Positions 1 through 12,111 of a stretch of DNA of 64,000 nt are shown here, in pieces. Made by a program: the position numbers and the translations under genes. The notes beneath the pieces are model-generated. The model had not been told where the DNA came from. It saw only the letters and a list, made by a program, of their open reading frames with translations, and did no database searches. Position 1 is the stretch's first letter. Each line of letters opens with the position of its first letter. The DNA is from Selaginella moellendorffii (Eukaryota > Plantae > Lycopodiophyta), in the NCBI RefSeq assembly GCF_000143415.4, contig NW_003314294.1:429402-493401 (forward strand), read 5' to 3'.

Positions 1-54
1 AGCCATTATCGAAGTCCCTGGCAAAAACACCATACCCTAGCGCCAAGAACGCGC

Positions 55-58
<4 letters not shown>

Positions 59-88
<30 letters not shown>
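59..88. repeat. (AG)n microsatellite
   Basis: Uninterrupted AG dinucleotide run. Confidence 0.95.
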
Positions 89-92
<4 letters not shown>

Positions 93-225
93 CAAACCTC
101 GCATGCTTTAGGTGGCATTTCCTGGGCCGAGAATCGATCCGGCGCCATCCAGTTTTTTCAAAAAACTATTATATTATTAACGTCAAAGGCAAGGTCAACT
201 GTCAAGTCTATCTATCTTAGAATGT

Positions 226-763
226 TTAGGATGTCAACTTGATTTCACTCTGGGTTTTTGTCTTCACGGAGATCACGTCATAGTCTACCCGTGGCTCGAC
301 AACAAACTCAAAACAACACATCCTGGAGATTAAATCCAGCACTTGAGAGTGATCAATCCAACCAAGAACCACAGACTTACCGTCTTGATCTGGCAGACAC
401 AAGGTAATCCGCACCCACCGCCTTGGCTTCACTGTTGAGCAAATCCTCAATGCCAAACATGGGCTCAAACCGCGCCGTATAGTGAATAGTGAGCTACAAC
501 AATGTAGATGTCCCAAGAATCAACAAAAGATCCCATCTTGTTTTGGATCATACCTGAAGTTCCTTTTTTGCACTTTGGCAGAGCGCTTTAGCTCTCACGA
601 AAGTATTCATCACCCATGGATCATGTGGATGCCCAATACATACAAGATAGATCGTGTCCTTGGCGTGCAGCCGATTATCCCCAAGAACCCATTGCAAGGC
701 TTTGAGTTCGCTCTTGACAGCCACAACCCACACCTTCCCTTCCTTCTTCCACGCTTCTGCCAT
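226..763 (-). CDS. Universal stress protein (UspA)-like small protein, copy 1, 3 exons (763-554, 493-381, 322-226)
   Basis: GT-AG introns of 60 and 58 nt join an open frame: KVWVVAVKSELKALQWVL..DTIYLVCI / IEDLLNSEAKAVGADYLVSARSR / MCCFEF..DVISVK. This follows the USP fold pattern (VAV..ALxWA..D.I.LxHV; ..A...AD.LV.GSRG). Confidence 0.7.
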
Positions 764-1451
764 TGCTAGTATAAAACGATATATGGTGTTCAACATATAT
801 AGTCTAAGCTGTAGGCTAAAACTTCGTTTGCTATTTTTTATTCGAAAAAAGGCTAGTATTCCTTAAGCTTAACTATTTTAATTCAGTTACTTTGATGTTG
901 CGAACTTGGGTAAAAACATATTGACATTAACTCTTTCACAGTAGTATATCTTGTACAGAGAATTGATCCTTGTAAAAGTAAGACTGAGATCGAAGCTGTA
1001 TCAAAATTATACAAGGTGCTCAAAAACAGCGTAGACACCATGCCCACGCTTCCAATGTCTTATCACCTGTGACCAACGTTTCTGGGTCCAAACGAGAGGA
1101 TAGAAGTCATAATGAAACTACTTGAAGTTTCCATCTCAGCCATTGCTATGACTCGACACTATCCAACCATAAACGATGGCAGATGTTATTTGGATGACAC
1201 ATGAGAAATTGTCACGAAGACTCTTCCAGAAAAAACCACCTAGGTTAACAAAAGACACAATACTGGCGCGAGATAATTTTGAAAGGCTAGAACTTTAAAA
1301 AAAACTTCAAACCATACAAAAACTCCGGGATCCGGCACGCGTGATGATCCTAAATCATTCTTTATGTGGCATTTCCTCGGCGCACCAGCTTGATTGGTCA
1401 GCAAGGGTCGTCAACTTTCAAGTCAAAAAATTAATGAAATTAAGATTGATC

Positions 1452-2070
1452 TTAGAACCACCCTTTCGGGGATTGCGATCCTTTTGGGAGTTGCGGTTGC
1501 AATGCTTTCACTCTGGGTTTGGCCTTCACGCGGATCTCGTCATATTTTTCATAGTTTTCCAATTGACTGACCGGCTTAAGAAATTCAAAACAACCCTCCC
1601 CGTCCCTGAGATCAAATGGACAGCAATTGAGTGATCGATCCAATCAAAAACCACAGACTTACCAAGGTCTTGATCTGGCAGACACCAGGTAATCCGCACC
1701 CACGCCCTTGGCTTCACTCTCGAGCAACATCTGAACAGGGTTGTCACCAAAATACCGCGCCGTACAGTGAATAGTGAGCTACAACACCTCATGATCCCAT
1801 GATCATGAATCAACAAAAGGGGGATTTGGATAATCATACCTGGAGCTCTTTCTTTGCATTTTGGCAGAGTTCTTTAGCTCTCGTGAAAGTATTCATGACC
1901 CATGGATCCTGTGGACGTCCAATACATACAAGGTAGATCGTGTCTTTGGCCTGTAATCGGTTTTCCGCCAGAACCCAATGCAAGGCTTTGAGTTCGCTCT
2001 TGACAGCCACCACCCAGACCTTCCCTTCAACCTTCTCACCAACATCCTCAAGGCACACGCGGATTCCCAT
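1452..2070 (-). CDS. USP-like small protein, copy 2, 3 exons (2070-1840, 1778-1663, 1605-1452)
   Basis: Paralog of copy 1 with identical intron positions. Exon 2 reads FGDNPVQMLLESEAKGVGADYLVSARSR, resembling USP GDP...A...ADLLVMGSRG. Confidence 0.7.
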
Positions 2071-2249
2071 TGCTCTAAAATTATACTTCTGGTGGTGCAC
2101 TATTTATATAGTCTTGCCATGGCTAAAATTTCATTTGTGCGATAAGATAATTTGTTATGAATTAAATCAATATTATTGAGAAAATTCATATATAAGTCAC
2201 TGGTCGACCAAAAACATTTCCTCGGGACATACTGGTGAGCTGTGAGCTC

Positions 2250-2790
2250 TCCATGCTGCTGCGAAGCTGTCCGAGTCGGCCGCCTGATCCTCAACGATTT
2301 ACAGATCATGGAGAGAGTATGAAGACTTCTTCCACGGCCTCGTGGCAAAGGTGAAGAAGACCTCCTACAGAGACTTTTCGTGCCTCAAGCACACCCAGGT
2401 TACAATCTAATGGTTTCTTTCTCAAAAATGCTTTCACTCAATGTTTCATTTGCTATCTCTGAAACCGGTGACTCTTGGTTTAATTGCCAAAAGCTGAAAC
2501 TTCCAGCTGCAAGATGGTTGGTGATGGCTGGTCCGTCGGTGCACTGCTTGGGTACGCATACGTGTGATCGCTTGCATTGGAGATGGAAGCTTTCAGGTAC
2601 TCCTAAGTCTTCCACAAGTACAAGAAAAAGAGGTTTTTTTTTTTCTTGTTTGTCTCTCAGCACAAGATGTTGGTACCATGATTCGTTGCTCATGTTCCTG
2701 ATTACATGATCGACGGCCCCTACAACAGGATAAAAAACTGTGATTACACGTGAACAACATGATCTCCCAGGTTTATCACCATCTTGCAGA
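2250..2790 (+). pseudogene. PDC: Pyruvate decarboxylase pseudogene fragment (C-terminal half)
   Basis: ETGDSWFNCQKLKLP, GWSVGALLGYA, IACIGDGSFQ, QDVGTMIR and DGPYN motifs in shifting frames with internal deletions. Confidence 0.85.
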
Positions 2791-2999
2791 ACTTAAGTCT
2801 GATGTAATGATGTTAACAATAAGTGAAGGGCCAGGATTCGAACCCGGAAATAACATTTTGGTTAAATTTTTTTTTAATTTTTTTTTTGAATTCAGAATAA
2901 CAAGCACATCCAGCTATAAACCATAAAAAACCCATTCAGCTTGTTCAAAAAATTATATTATTATTGGTCAACTTTCAAGTCAAAGAAAAGGGAGACGAT

Positions 3000-3346
3000 C
3001 GTCAACTTGAAGCTTTGGGGGGTTTGGGCTTCATCAAAACAACACATCCTGGAGGTTAAATCCAGCAATCAATCCAACGAAGAACCACCCACAGCCTTGG
3101 CTTCACTGTTGAGCAAACTCTCAACACTGCTGTCACCATGATGGAATACAAACATAACAAAACACCAACTTTAAGGATCATTTACCTGAAGCTCTTTTTT
3201 TGAATTTTGGCAGATGGAAGCCCAATACATACAAGATAGATTGTGTCCTTGGCATGCAACCAGATACCTGCAAGAACCCATTGCAAGGCTTTGAGTTCTG
3301 TCTTCACAGCCCCCACATCCAGGCACACGCCGATGCTTTCTGCCAT
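3000..3346 (-). pseudogene. USP-like copy 3, pseudogene
   Basis: Homologous to copies 1 and 2 (ELKALQWVL..HAKDTIYLVCIG). A deletion and frameshift precede the first donor site and exons 2-3 are partly deleted. Confidence 0.75.
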
Positions 3347-3819
3347 TGCGTATCCTTGTGGTTTTCAATATATATCGCTAAAATTATTGTGGCTAAAATT
3401 TCGTTTGCTATATTTTATTTGACCTCCTTATTAGGATGATTATATTTTAACCATAACAGTTTCAATCATCTTTCTTGCAAAGGAAAGGCTGCCTGAAAAA
3501 CACAAAGAAAAAGTGCGCTCTGATGGAAGCTACTAAATGCGACAATAAAAAAACAAGCGGGTTTTTTTATAAAGTCTCAATTGATCAGAAGAACCCTAAT
3601 GCACTAGCATTTGAATCATTCATTCATTTACATGGTCTTGTGGTGCCTCCCAAGAAACATGAGGCCAAATAAGTTGCCAGGATCGTTTGGCAGCTACTTG
3701 ATGCCACTGGGTTCTAGGTCTCTTGCGCTTCCAGCCTGTTGCTTAGTGAAGCTGACCATTGCCAGACCTAAATTAATTGTGTCTATGGTTTATCCCAAAA
3801 CAAAAAAAGAAACCAAAAT

Positions 3820-4545
3820 GGTAACAGCAGCGGCCCCCATTCGAGCAGCTTCTTGCTCGCGATGCTCATTGTTGTAAAGCGTTCACGACTCCAGTGTAAT
3901 CCCAGTTTTTTTTATCGTGTCCGTCGTGGATCTCCACTTCAATCGTGGCCACCGTTGTTAATCAGGAATATGATGCTCCCCAACATCCTGTGCTGTAACC
4001 TAGACAGACCAGGAAAAAAGTTCCACAAAGAGCCAAGTTCCTATAAAAGCTTTGTCTTGGTTCACATAAATCTATGAAAACAATGCTTGTGTTATGTCAG
4101 CACAAGGGTTTCCAAGCAAGACACAAATCTTCCACGCAAAAACCATCATAATCATTGATGAGAGATTTCATGCTCCACAAAATAAACAAGTTTTAAATTG
4201 CAACAGCAATGGATGTTCCACACAGAAAGAAGAAAAAGAGAGAAAAAATTTCGTTACCTGAGCACAATTAACTTCCAATCGTGTGATGAAAGAATTCGAA
4301 TTGGAGCCTCCAACGATGCAAATCACCGGCAAATTCTCGCTCTAGGAGCCCGCGATGGCGTTGATGACACTAAGCCCCCCAACAGTGAAGGTCACAGCGG
4401 AAGCTCCCACGCCTTTGGCGCCCGCGGGTAGCCATCGGTGGCATACCCAGCATTGAGCTCGTCGCAATAGCCCATGTAATTTAGCAGATTAAAATCCCCC
4501 AGCACGCCAAAGAGATCAGTCACGCCACTCTCTGGCAAATCTCTA
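3820..4545 (-). pseudogene. PDC: Pyruvate decarboxylase pseudogene (collapsed N- and C-terminal pieces)
   Basis: GVTDLFGVLGDFNL, DELNAGYATDGY and ICIVGGSNSN, then IIFLINNGG..IEVEIHDG..KNWDYTG and SKKLLEWG; frameshifts and deletions throughout. Confidence 0.85.
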
Positions 4546-4751
4546 AGAACTTGACAAGTGCTTATTAAATTAACAATACAATAATAATACTTAAAAATAT
4601 TATTAAAATATGTAAACAATAGCCAACTTTTTCATGTAAATATTTTGTGTACAAATATAATAAATGTTTTTTCTTGAAAAAAATGGTACTCATCTTTAAT
4701 AATTTATAATATTTAAAACTAATAATTAAAAATTTGAGAACAAACAAATGG

Positions 4752-4926
4752 TGTGAGGGCCAAGTGTACGGTTACGATGCCATATATTAATATTAGCGTA
4801 GTGGGATTTTGGTAGCTGTCGGATTGGTTTCAATTTGGACCACTCACTTCTGTATATAAGCTAGAGTTTTTGGGCTAATTGATATGCACATTTCTATATT
4901 CCCTTTCTATATTCCAAGCACTCACA
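4752..4926 (+). mobile_element. Solo LTR of the neighbouring Ty3/gypsy family
   Basis: TGTGAG...CTCACA inverted termini with a 4-bp ATGG duplication on both sides. Homologous to the repeats at 6283-6530 and 11641-11816; contains TATATAA. Confidence 0.8.
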
Positions 4927-4987
4927 ATGGCAAACTAAAAATTTATATAAATAGATATATAGTTTTTCTTATTTCTTATTTGTAATA

Positions 4988-5920
4988 ATGAGCTTTAAAA
5001 TTTTATTATTAGTAATTTTAATTTTTTCTTTTATTGCAAGCTATTATGCACAACCACCACAAACAAGAACGATTGGAGGTTTATACCATTTTGGTAATAG
5101 ACACATCAGTAGAATTATAAGTGAATTTAGAAATTTAATAGGAAGAATTAACATACCAATCAATCCTGGGCCAGATGGATATTTTATTCAAGAATCAGTA
5201 ACTGTTGCTTATCAACAAGTTATTATTCGAATTTATATATTTCGTGATGCTTTAAGGGGCTTTAATTGTAGATCACTTCCTGAAGGCTATGCATTTACTG
5301 CACGATATTTACAAGAAACATTTACTCAAATATTACGACTTGTAGAATATCATGCACGTCTTTATGGTTTACAAGAAATTATTACTGTTTATAGACACTT
5401 TATAATTGATTATTTTGCTAGTGGACCAAGAAGAAGAAATCCTAATGATCCAATGCCTTCTTTAGAATATCCAAAAGATTTACCTGATGATAATAATCCA
5501 CCTAGAGATATTTTAAATAGTGATTTTGATACTTCACAATGTTGGGCATATAGAACACAATTAATAAGTGGATATAAACATAGAATTAGTACATATATAA
5601 TTAATGGCAATGCTTTAGTATCATCAAATAATCATTATAGAGCAACTCTTATCAATTGTAATTTAATAATTGAAAGTATTCTTCATGAAAAAAGTATATG
5701 GTCTACAAATTCAAAAAAATTTGATGTTTCTTGTTCTTTACATCTTCAATATAGTGGTCGTTTACTTATAAATGATGATGATGATAATATTATATGGGAA
5801 AATGATAATTATTGTTTAGAATGCATACTTTTTGCTTTATTAACGCTTGAAGATAATGGAAAATTAGTTGTATCAAGTCATATTGGTAACTCAAAAAATA
5901 TAATTTGGAAAAATAATTAG
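4988..5920 (+). CDS. Secreted protein: signal peptide, unknown ~165-aa domain, C-terminal bulb-type (GNA/B-type) lectin domain; intronless
   Basis: 310-aa uninterrupted ORF in very AT-rich DNA with a hydrophobic N-terminus. The C-terminus shows the B-lectin repeats G.ALVSSN..Y..L.NCNL..WSTNS..C.L.LQ..G.L.I..IW..L.LEDNGKLVV..IW. Confidence 0.75.
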   Translation: MSFKILLLVILIFSFIASYYAQPPQTRTIGGLYHFGNRHISRIISEFRNLIGRINIPINPGPDGYFIQESVTVAYQQVIIRIYIFRDALRGFNCRSLPEGYAFTARYLQETFTQILRLVEYHARLYGLQEIITVYRHFIIDYFASGPRRRNPNDPMPSLEYPKDLPDDNNPPRDILNSDFDTSQCWAYRTQLISGYKHRISTYIINGNALVSSNNHYRATLINCNLIIESILHEKSIWSTNSKKFDVSCSLHLQYSGRLLINDDDDNIIWENDNYCLECILFALLTLEDNGKLVVSSHIGNSKNIIWKNN

Positions 5921-8650
5921 AAAATTCATTATAATATATAAAATATAGTAATTTATAAGATTAAAAACTTAATTTGCTCCATATTTCCCACAACAATGTG
6001 TGGCTTGTTATTCCTATTTAGTATTATTTATTAATGAAATTTACCAATGCAATGAAATAAATATATTTGTAATTTAAATACAAGATTAATCTTATTGCAT
6101 AAGATGGTATAATAAACTAGTATATACTAAAAAGTATTTCAGAAAGTTTATAATTTATAAATGTAAAATAAATCTAAATGAATAATAACTTTAGATGAAG
6201 TTTACATGACTCATGAAAAGAGGAAAAAAAAACTTAATAAAAGTTATAATATATATCAATTTAAATATGGCAAAATTTACATTGTGAGATCTAAGTGTAA
6301 AGCTATGATGTCATATACTATTATTAATATAATGGGATTTAAGTAGCTATTAAACTTGTTTCAATTCAGACCACTTGCTTTTGTATATAAACTAGGGTTT
6401 TCGGGCTTTGTCATGGTTTGAACATTATTATTGTCCAGATATCAATTCTTTCATTTCTTAGAGCATTTTTACTATAGAGAATCAAATATGCACATTTCTA
6501 TATTCTATTTGCATAATCCATACACTCATATTAGTAGCGATAAGGGGCAGCTTTGATTGTCCATGATAAGTGTTTTGATTTGTGCTTTTATTTTAAATTT
6601 AGCTTTTACATTGTCTAAATCTTTTTCTTTTCTTTAATAGCTTTTCAGTTTTTCTTTTTTCCCTTCATTTCATTCATCTTCATGGTAGAGTAGTAGCCTC
6701 CTCCTCTTCCTTTGACTCTAAAGTATCAACTGGTGTAATTACTTAATACTATGTGGTTACATATGACTAATCAAATTCATTTGATATTGGCATTCATAGT
6801 GTGTAGTGCACTCTTATTGACAACCCTTGCATCTAGTTGGAGTTTTTCTTTGGGAATCCTGGGAATAATGTGTATTATTAGTTCAATCATTTTACAGTGA
6901 TTGCTACTTATCATTCTTGGGATGATACTTGACATTCGTGCAAGTTCCTCATATATTTTTAAAAGATGGTGTTGCAATGGTACAATAGTTTAAACATAGA
7001 CACTCATATGAATTAGAGCTTTCTCTTAGATGTTTTTAAGCATGCATTTGGATATGTTGATGATTGTGATGATGTAATTCAACATTTGTATCATCTCTTT
7101 CAAAAGCCATCTAAGTCATTGATACAGTTTGGTATTTGCTTTCAAAACCTCTTGTTTCACATAGAGCTAAATATATTGGAGTAAATATATTATGGCTAGT
7201 ATTTCATTAAAATAATGTAAGCTTTATACATGCATTTGCTCCCACCACCCTTGATAACACTCTTTAACTGATATAATGTTATGAGATATCATCTTTTTCA
7301 CTTATTCCTACACATATTTCAACTCTACTTTCTGTGGGAGATCTTCTTCTAGTGAAGGTTGACACTATTGTTACCCGTATTCAAGAATAAGGGCAAGAAC
7401 GTGGTTATGGCTATGATGTTTGGTGATGGGTATATGATGAAGTTGGCCACATATATTGGCATTGTCCGTATTTTCTAGATTAATATCTTACCTTGACGTT
7501 AATAATGTCATATTGGTGCTATTGTAGTGGAAGGTCATGACATAGAGATTCTTCTAGGAAACAAGGAATTGCACAAGTAGTAGAGGGTTTTTACGTAACT
7601 AAGTTAGTGACTCTTTCATCCTTTTTTCGAGAGTACCATCTTCACTTAACACTAATTCATTTAGTGTTTACTTTTCAAGCTTATTCTTATAATAAGAGGT
7701 TTCTTATTGTTTTGTCTGTATTAGTTAATACAGGCTTGAGTTTATCTTTTATTATTTGGTTTATTGCCACATGTTGCCATTTACAATTGTGTCCTATAGC
7801 AAAGCCAGTCTTCATTCTTTATAACAATGGTCATACACATACAAATACGCATGATGAGGTGAACTTAATTGTGCATATGGGTGATTTCGAGCTTGAGTTT
7901 CAATTATTGTGAGTAGTGCCAAGTTAAGCTTTTAACGTCATCCTTAAATATAGATTAATTGCAATGTAATTATGCCAAATGTGACTTTGAGGCATCTCCT
8001 CTTTATCTCATTTTTATTCCATTCCTTTTATTTTTGTTCTAGTTCATCCTTATGCTTCTATCATTTTTGTCTCCTTATTATTTCCTATTATATTTTTATC
8101 TTGCTCCTCTTTTCCTTTATCATATCCTTTTGATGGCATTTATGTTGTAGCAATTGACCAGCTTAAGGAGTATACTAATCTCTTTGACTTATTATCTAGG
8201 GCTAAGATTGCAACATACTATCTTATTCTAACTAGGATGCTTGTCCAATTAAGGTTTTTATTCGTTGTTAGTCGCCAAAGGAAATCAAGATTTTATGTGC
8301 AAATATCAAGGAAACATTGGAGAAGTGTGTTATCCAAAAGTCTTGGAGTTTTTTAATATGTAAACTTCATCTTGTGACAAAATTTGATAGGGGTATTTGA
8401 TTGTGCATCAACTATTATCTATCAAATTAGATGATTATCCTAGATATGTACCCTCTTGCTCATAATATTGATCTACTAAATTATTTGGGGAAAAGTTGCT
8501 AGTTTACTAAGTAAATATTTTTTTTGGGTATTGACAAGTGTTGATAGCCGAAGAAGATGCATCATTTGGTTTATATGAGTTCTTAGTGATTGCATTCGAT
8601 TTGAACAATGCTCTAGTGACTTTTCAACAAATGATAGACAAAATTTTTTA

Positions 8651-8752
8651 CAATCTAGAAGTGAATGATGACTTCATCAATGATATGTTGGTCCCCTCCA
8701 ACAATCTAAAAGTGAATGATGACTTCATCAATGATATTTTGGTCCACTTGGA
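8651..8752 (+). repeat. 51-bp tandem duplication over the decayed RT catalytic-motif region
   Basis: CAATCTAGAAGTGAATGATGACTTCATCAATGATATGTTGGTCC occurs twice with few changes. Confidence 0.9.
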
Positions 8753-8863
8753 TGGGATGTAAGAGAAGCATGTTTGTGATGTTTTCAAGGTGTTGGATTA
8801 ATTGTAAGAAGTTAGTTTAAAGTTGAAGCCATCAAAGTACGTGTTTGGGTCTAAACACACAAC

Positions 8864-9441
8864 TGTAAGTTCCTGAATTTAAACTTCCCAGGAGGTCATC
8901 CAGCCAAGTACTATTCAAACCCAAAAACATTTAACTCTAAATATCCCAAAATCCTTAATTGATTGAAAAAGGGGGTGCACTCTTGTTCATGGGCCCTTTC
9001 CCTCTATATTTGAACCCCATGGACAATCTCTCGAGTCGTTATCTTTAGTTGCTTACAATCCACCATGCTTCCTTGCAAGTTCACGCCCTCATGAATGGGC
9101 GTGAGGAGCTGCAATTCTCTCGAGAGCCTCTTGACACACCCCTTGGGAGCAAATTGGACCAGCCAAATGTCAATCAACATATGGTGTGATTCCCTTAGTC
9201 AACATATGGTGTGATTCCCTTAGCCAACCAACAGAGTCGGACCTGAAACCCCTCTAATACCAAATGTAAATTCCAGAGTTTAGATTTCTTGGGAGGTCAC
9301 TCAGCCCAGTACTATTCAAACCCAAGGACGCTTAACCCCAAATATCCCAAGACTCTTAACCGATTGGAAAAGGGGGTGCACTCTTGTTCATGGGCCCTTT
9401 CCCTCTATATTTGAACCCCATGGATTATTTCTCGAGTCATT
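8864..9441 (-). mobile_element. Cassandra-like TRIM (non-autonomous LTR element with a 5S rRNA-derived core in its LTRs) nested in the gypsy RT
   Basis: LTR 8864-9057 (TGTAAG...CTTACA) and a second LTR 9265-~9441. A reverse-complement tRNA-Met PBS (CTCTAATACCA) sits at ~9252-9262. Each LTR carries ACTTCCCAGGAGGTCA..CCA..AGTACTA..CCCAA..CGCTTAAC, the reverse complement of the 5S internal promoter region. Confidence 0.85.
9174..9223. repeat. Perfect 25-bp tandem repeat in the TRIM internal region
   Basis: TCAACATATGGTGTGATTCCCTTAG x2. Confidence 0.9.
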
Positions 9442-12111
9442 CTCTATTTTGAGTACTATATTTTTTGTGAAGGTTTGCAAGTTAATCATAACAAACTTAT
9501 GGCTATTTTAAAGTTCTTTACTCCGAAGTGCGTGAATGATGTGCAACACTTCTTTGGCAAGGTGCAATATCTTAATTATTTTGTTGACCATTTTTTTTAA
9601 TTATACTACATTATTGCAAGTATTGCCAAAGTCATCAATATTGTTCTTAATTTAATTTGAGGATTGCAAGTGGGCATTTATAGATTTTAAAGAGTTGTTG
9701 GTGACTCTTCCAATTTTAGCATATCTTGATTACACTTAACCTTTTATTTTGTATGTGGATGCTTCGAATATCAAATATTGATCCTATATCAGTTATATAT
9801 TGCAACTAGTAGAAATGAACTACTTTATAATAGAGAAGTTAAAGTTTTAAGAAGCTTCATGTATATTTATATGGTTCTTGGATATTACTATAAGGTGACT
9901 ATGTTGCGATTACTTCATTATTGAAGTGGAAGAACTTAGTTAATTATATTGTTTAGTGAGCTCTAGAACTTAGTTAATTATATTATTTGGTGAGCTTTAA
10001 AGCCTTAAATATATAACTTTGAAGTTATTCATCATTTAGGGAGTTCTATAGTTGATGTTAATGCTCTTTTTGAAACTCTCCTCCCTTCTTCACTTTCTTC
10101 TTTTATTCCTAAGGAGCTTGTTATTTTAATATTAATAGATAAAGATTCCATATTATTGATAATTGTTATATTTGATGTTCATTATCCATAAAGTGTGGAG
10201 TAAGATTTACCTTTTTATGATGAGGTTTGTGAGGCTTAAAAAAGTTAAGCCATATATCTAAGCTTTGTGATGGGTTTATGAATCTTCATCACTTGTTGAT
10301 AACTTACCTTTTGATATTTACATTCTCAATATCATCTTAAGGATAACTTTTTTATTTTATGGTGACTAATCCTAATGATCATTTACAACTAGTGCTTTCT
10401 CCATGCCTATTATAATTTTTCTATTTTAAGTAGGTATATGACACATCATTGTATGACTAAGAAGTTACATAAGTATTTCTATTGGCTGGAGATGCAATGT
10501 GATATTATCTAGTATGTACATAGTTGCACTTGATGTCAAACTCATAATACTCCCCCTTGTGCTATAAAAAACAGTTGAAGTCAATTGCAATTTCTCATTT
10601 ATTTGAGTTGGTGGCATTTGATTTGATGGATTCTCTGGGATAATGGTTCTACATTTATGGCCATATTTTAATGTCTTGCCTAGGGATACACTACACTATC
10701 ATGAGTTCTTATCATTTATAAACAGATTTGGACCTTCAAAAGAATGATTATAAAGTATGTAAATTTCAATATTTGGATTGAGATGGTTATTTGTTATTTG
10801 TTTAGTATACATATATCATAGGGTTATGTTGATAATTCACTATATAAACTCTTATATAATCATAATATGATATTGCTAATGAAGTTCAATTTACCTTTGC
10901 AATCGCCACAAGCTACCAATGCTATAGTGCACCTAAATCTGGAGTTAAACTCTAAACCTGTTATACTATGAGAGGGTTTAGTACGCATTTCATATCCCTT
11001 ATACACATTAACTCCCTGTATCCAACTCTTGCATGCCAAATGGTGTCAGACTAGGAGTTCCTACCTTATGTTTATCCAATCTAAATACACATGCATTGAT
11101 CAATTCTCAATTATTTCAAGTGGGAATTATAAAAAGAACTAGCAGCATTGACCTCCTACCATCATAGTAGTAAAGAAAGTGTCCGTAAAGATTGGTTGAC
11201 AAGTAAATTTTGATACCTAAAATCATATTTGTGACAAATATTATATCATGGGATCACTATTTGACAAACATTCTTTCACTAGTTTGAGTGGAGTTTATTA
11301 AACACTTGGGCCATGTACAAGTGGGACAACAATGGTGCCACAACTCCTATTATCATCAATTTTTAAAGTATAAAGTGGATGACTTAGTGTAGTTTAATTT
11401 CCCAATCTTACAATATATGGTTTATTTAAGGGGTTCTTTACTCATTAGAAGGGACTATGTCAAATATTGCAGCAAGTTAGTCATAAGTTTACAAAGTTTA
11501 GTATGATTTTCAATAATCCAATCCTCAAGAAATTGTGTATATACAAAGGGATTAAGAACAATTGACACCACTTACAAATCCATTAGTGCTTCTTTTTAAT
11601 GTCTTTAATTACCTTCCATCATTTTGAGAGGAAGGGATGATATAAAGTTTAGGTGTACAGTTATAATATTATATATTATTATTAGTATTGTGGGATTTTA
11701 GTAGCCATTAGATTGGTTTTAATTTAAACCACTCACTCCCATATATAAATTATGGTTTTCAAGTTAATTAAATATGCATATTTTAATATTTTATTTCCAT
11801 ATTCCATCAATTTTAATGATATTTATTTGGTACTTATAGTTTAGATGTTTTACCATTATTTGTATATTCTTTATACTTTCAATAGTTTTTTAACCATATT
11901 ACGAGTCAATTTGGGAATAAAAGTATTTTTTTAAAAAAATATGTAGTAAGGTAGTCATGTTTAGATACTGTAAAATAAACATCTTTACTGCTAAGAAAAC
12001 AATTAAAAGATCCAGTTTGCAAGAAGAACACAAATAAGAATAAGGAAATCTGATTACAGTAATACTAAGTTTATAATAAAAAGAGAGGTTCACAAAGGGC
12101 ATGCCACCTAG

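Larger units (their letters stand above)
6283..11816 (+). mobile_element. Decayed Ty3/gypsy LTR retrotransposon (LTRs ~6283-6530 and ~11641-11816)
   Basis: Terminal direct repeats and a purine tract (GAGAGGAAGGGATGA) before the 3' LTR. Degenerate RT (GLYEFLVIAFDLNNALVTFQQMID, LKLKPSK), RNase H (PFILYVDAS) and integrase (YWLEMQCDII*YVHSCT*CQ) lie in gypsy order with many stops. Confidence 0.8.

Noticed and set aside
2825-2850. GGGTTCGAATCC T-arm/B-box-like motif on the minus strand
   Set aside because: No D-arm or anticodon arm; at most a tRNA or SINE remnant
5270-5400. Ribosome-inactivating protein active site in the lectin ORF (VEYHARL vs SEAARF)
   Set aside because: E-R spacing is wrong and the domain is too short for a RIP A chain; not supportable without a fold search
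8651-9441. Repeat arrays as possible CRISPR
   Set aside because: Eukaryotic context; the repeats are LTRs and simple tandem duplications without spacers
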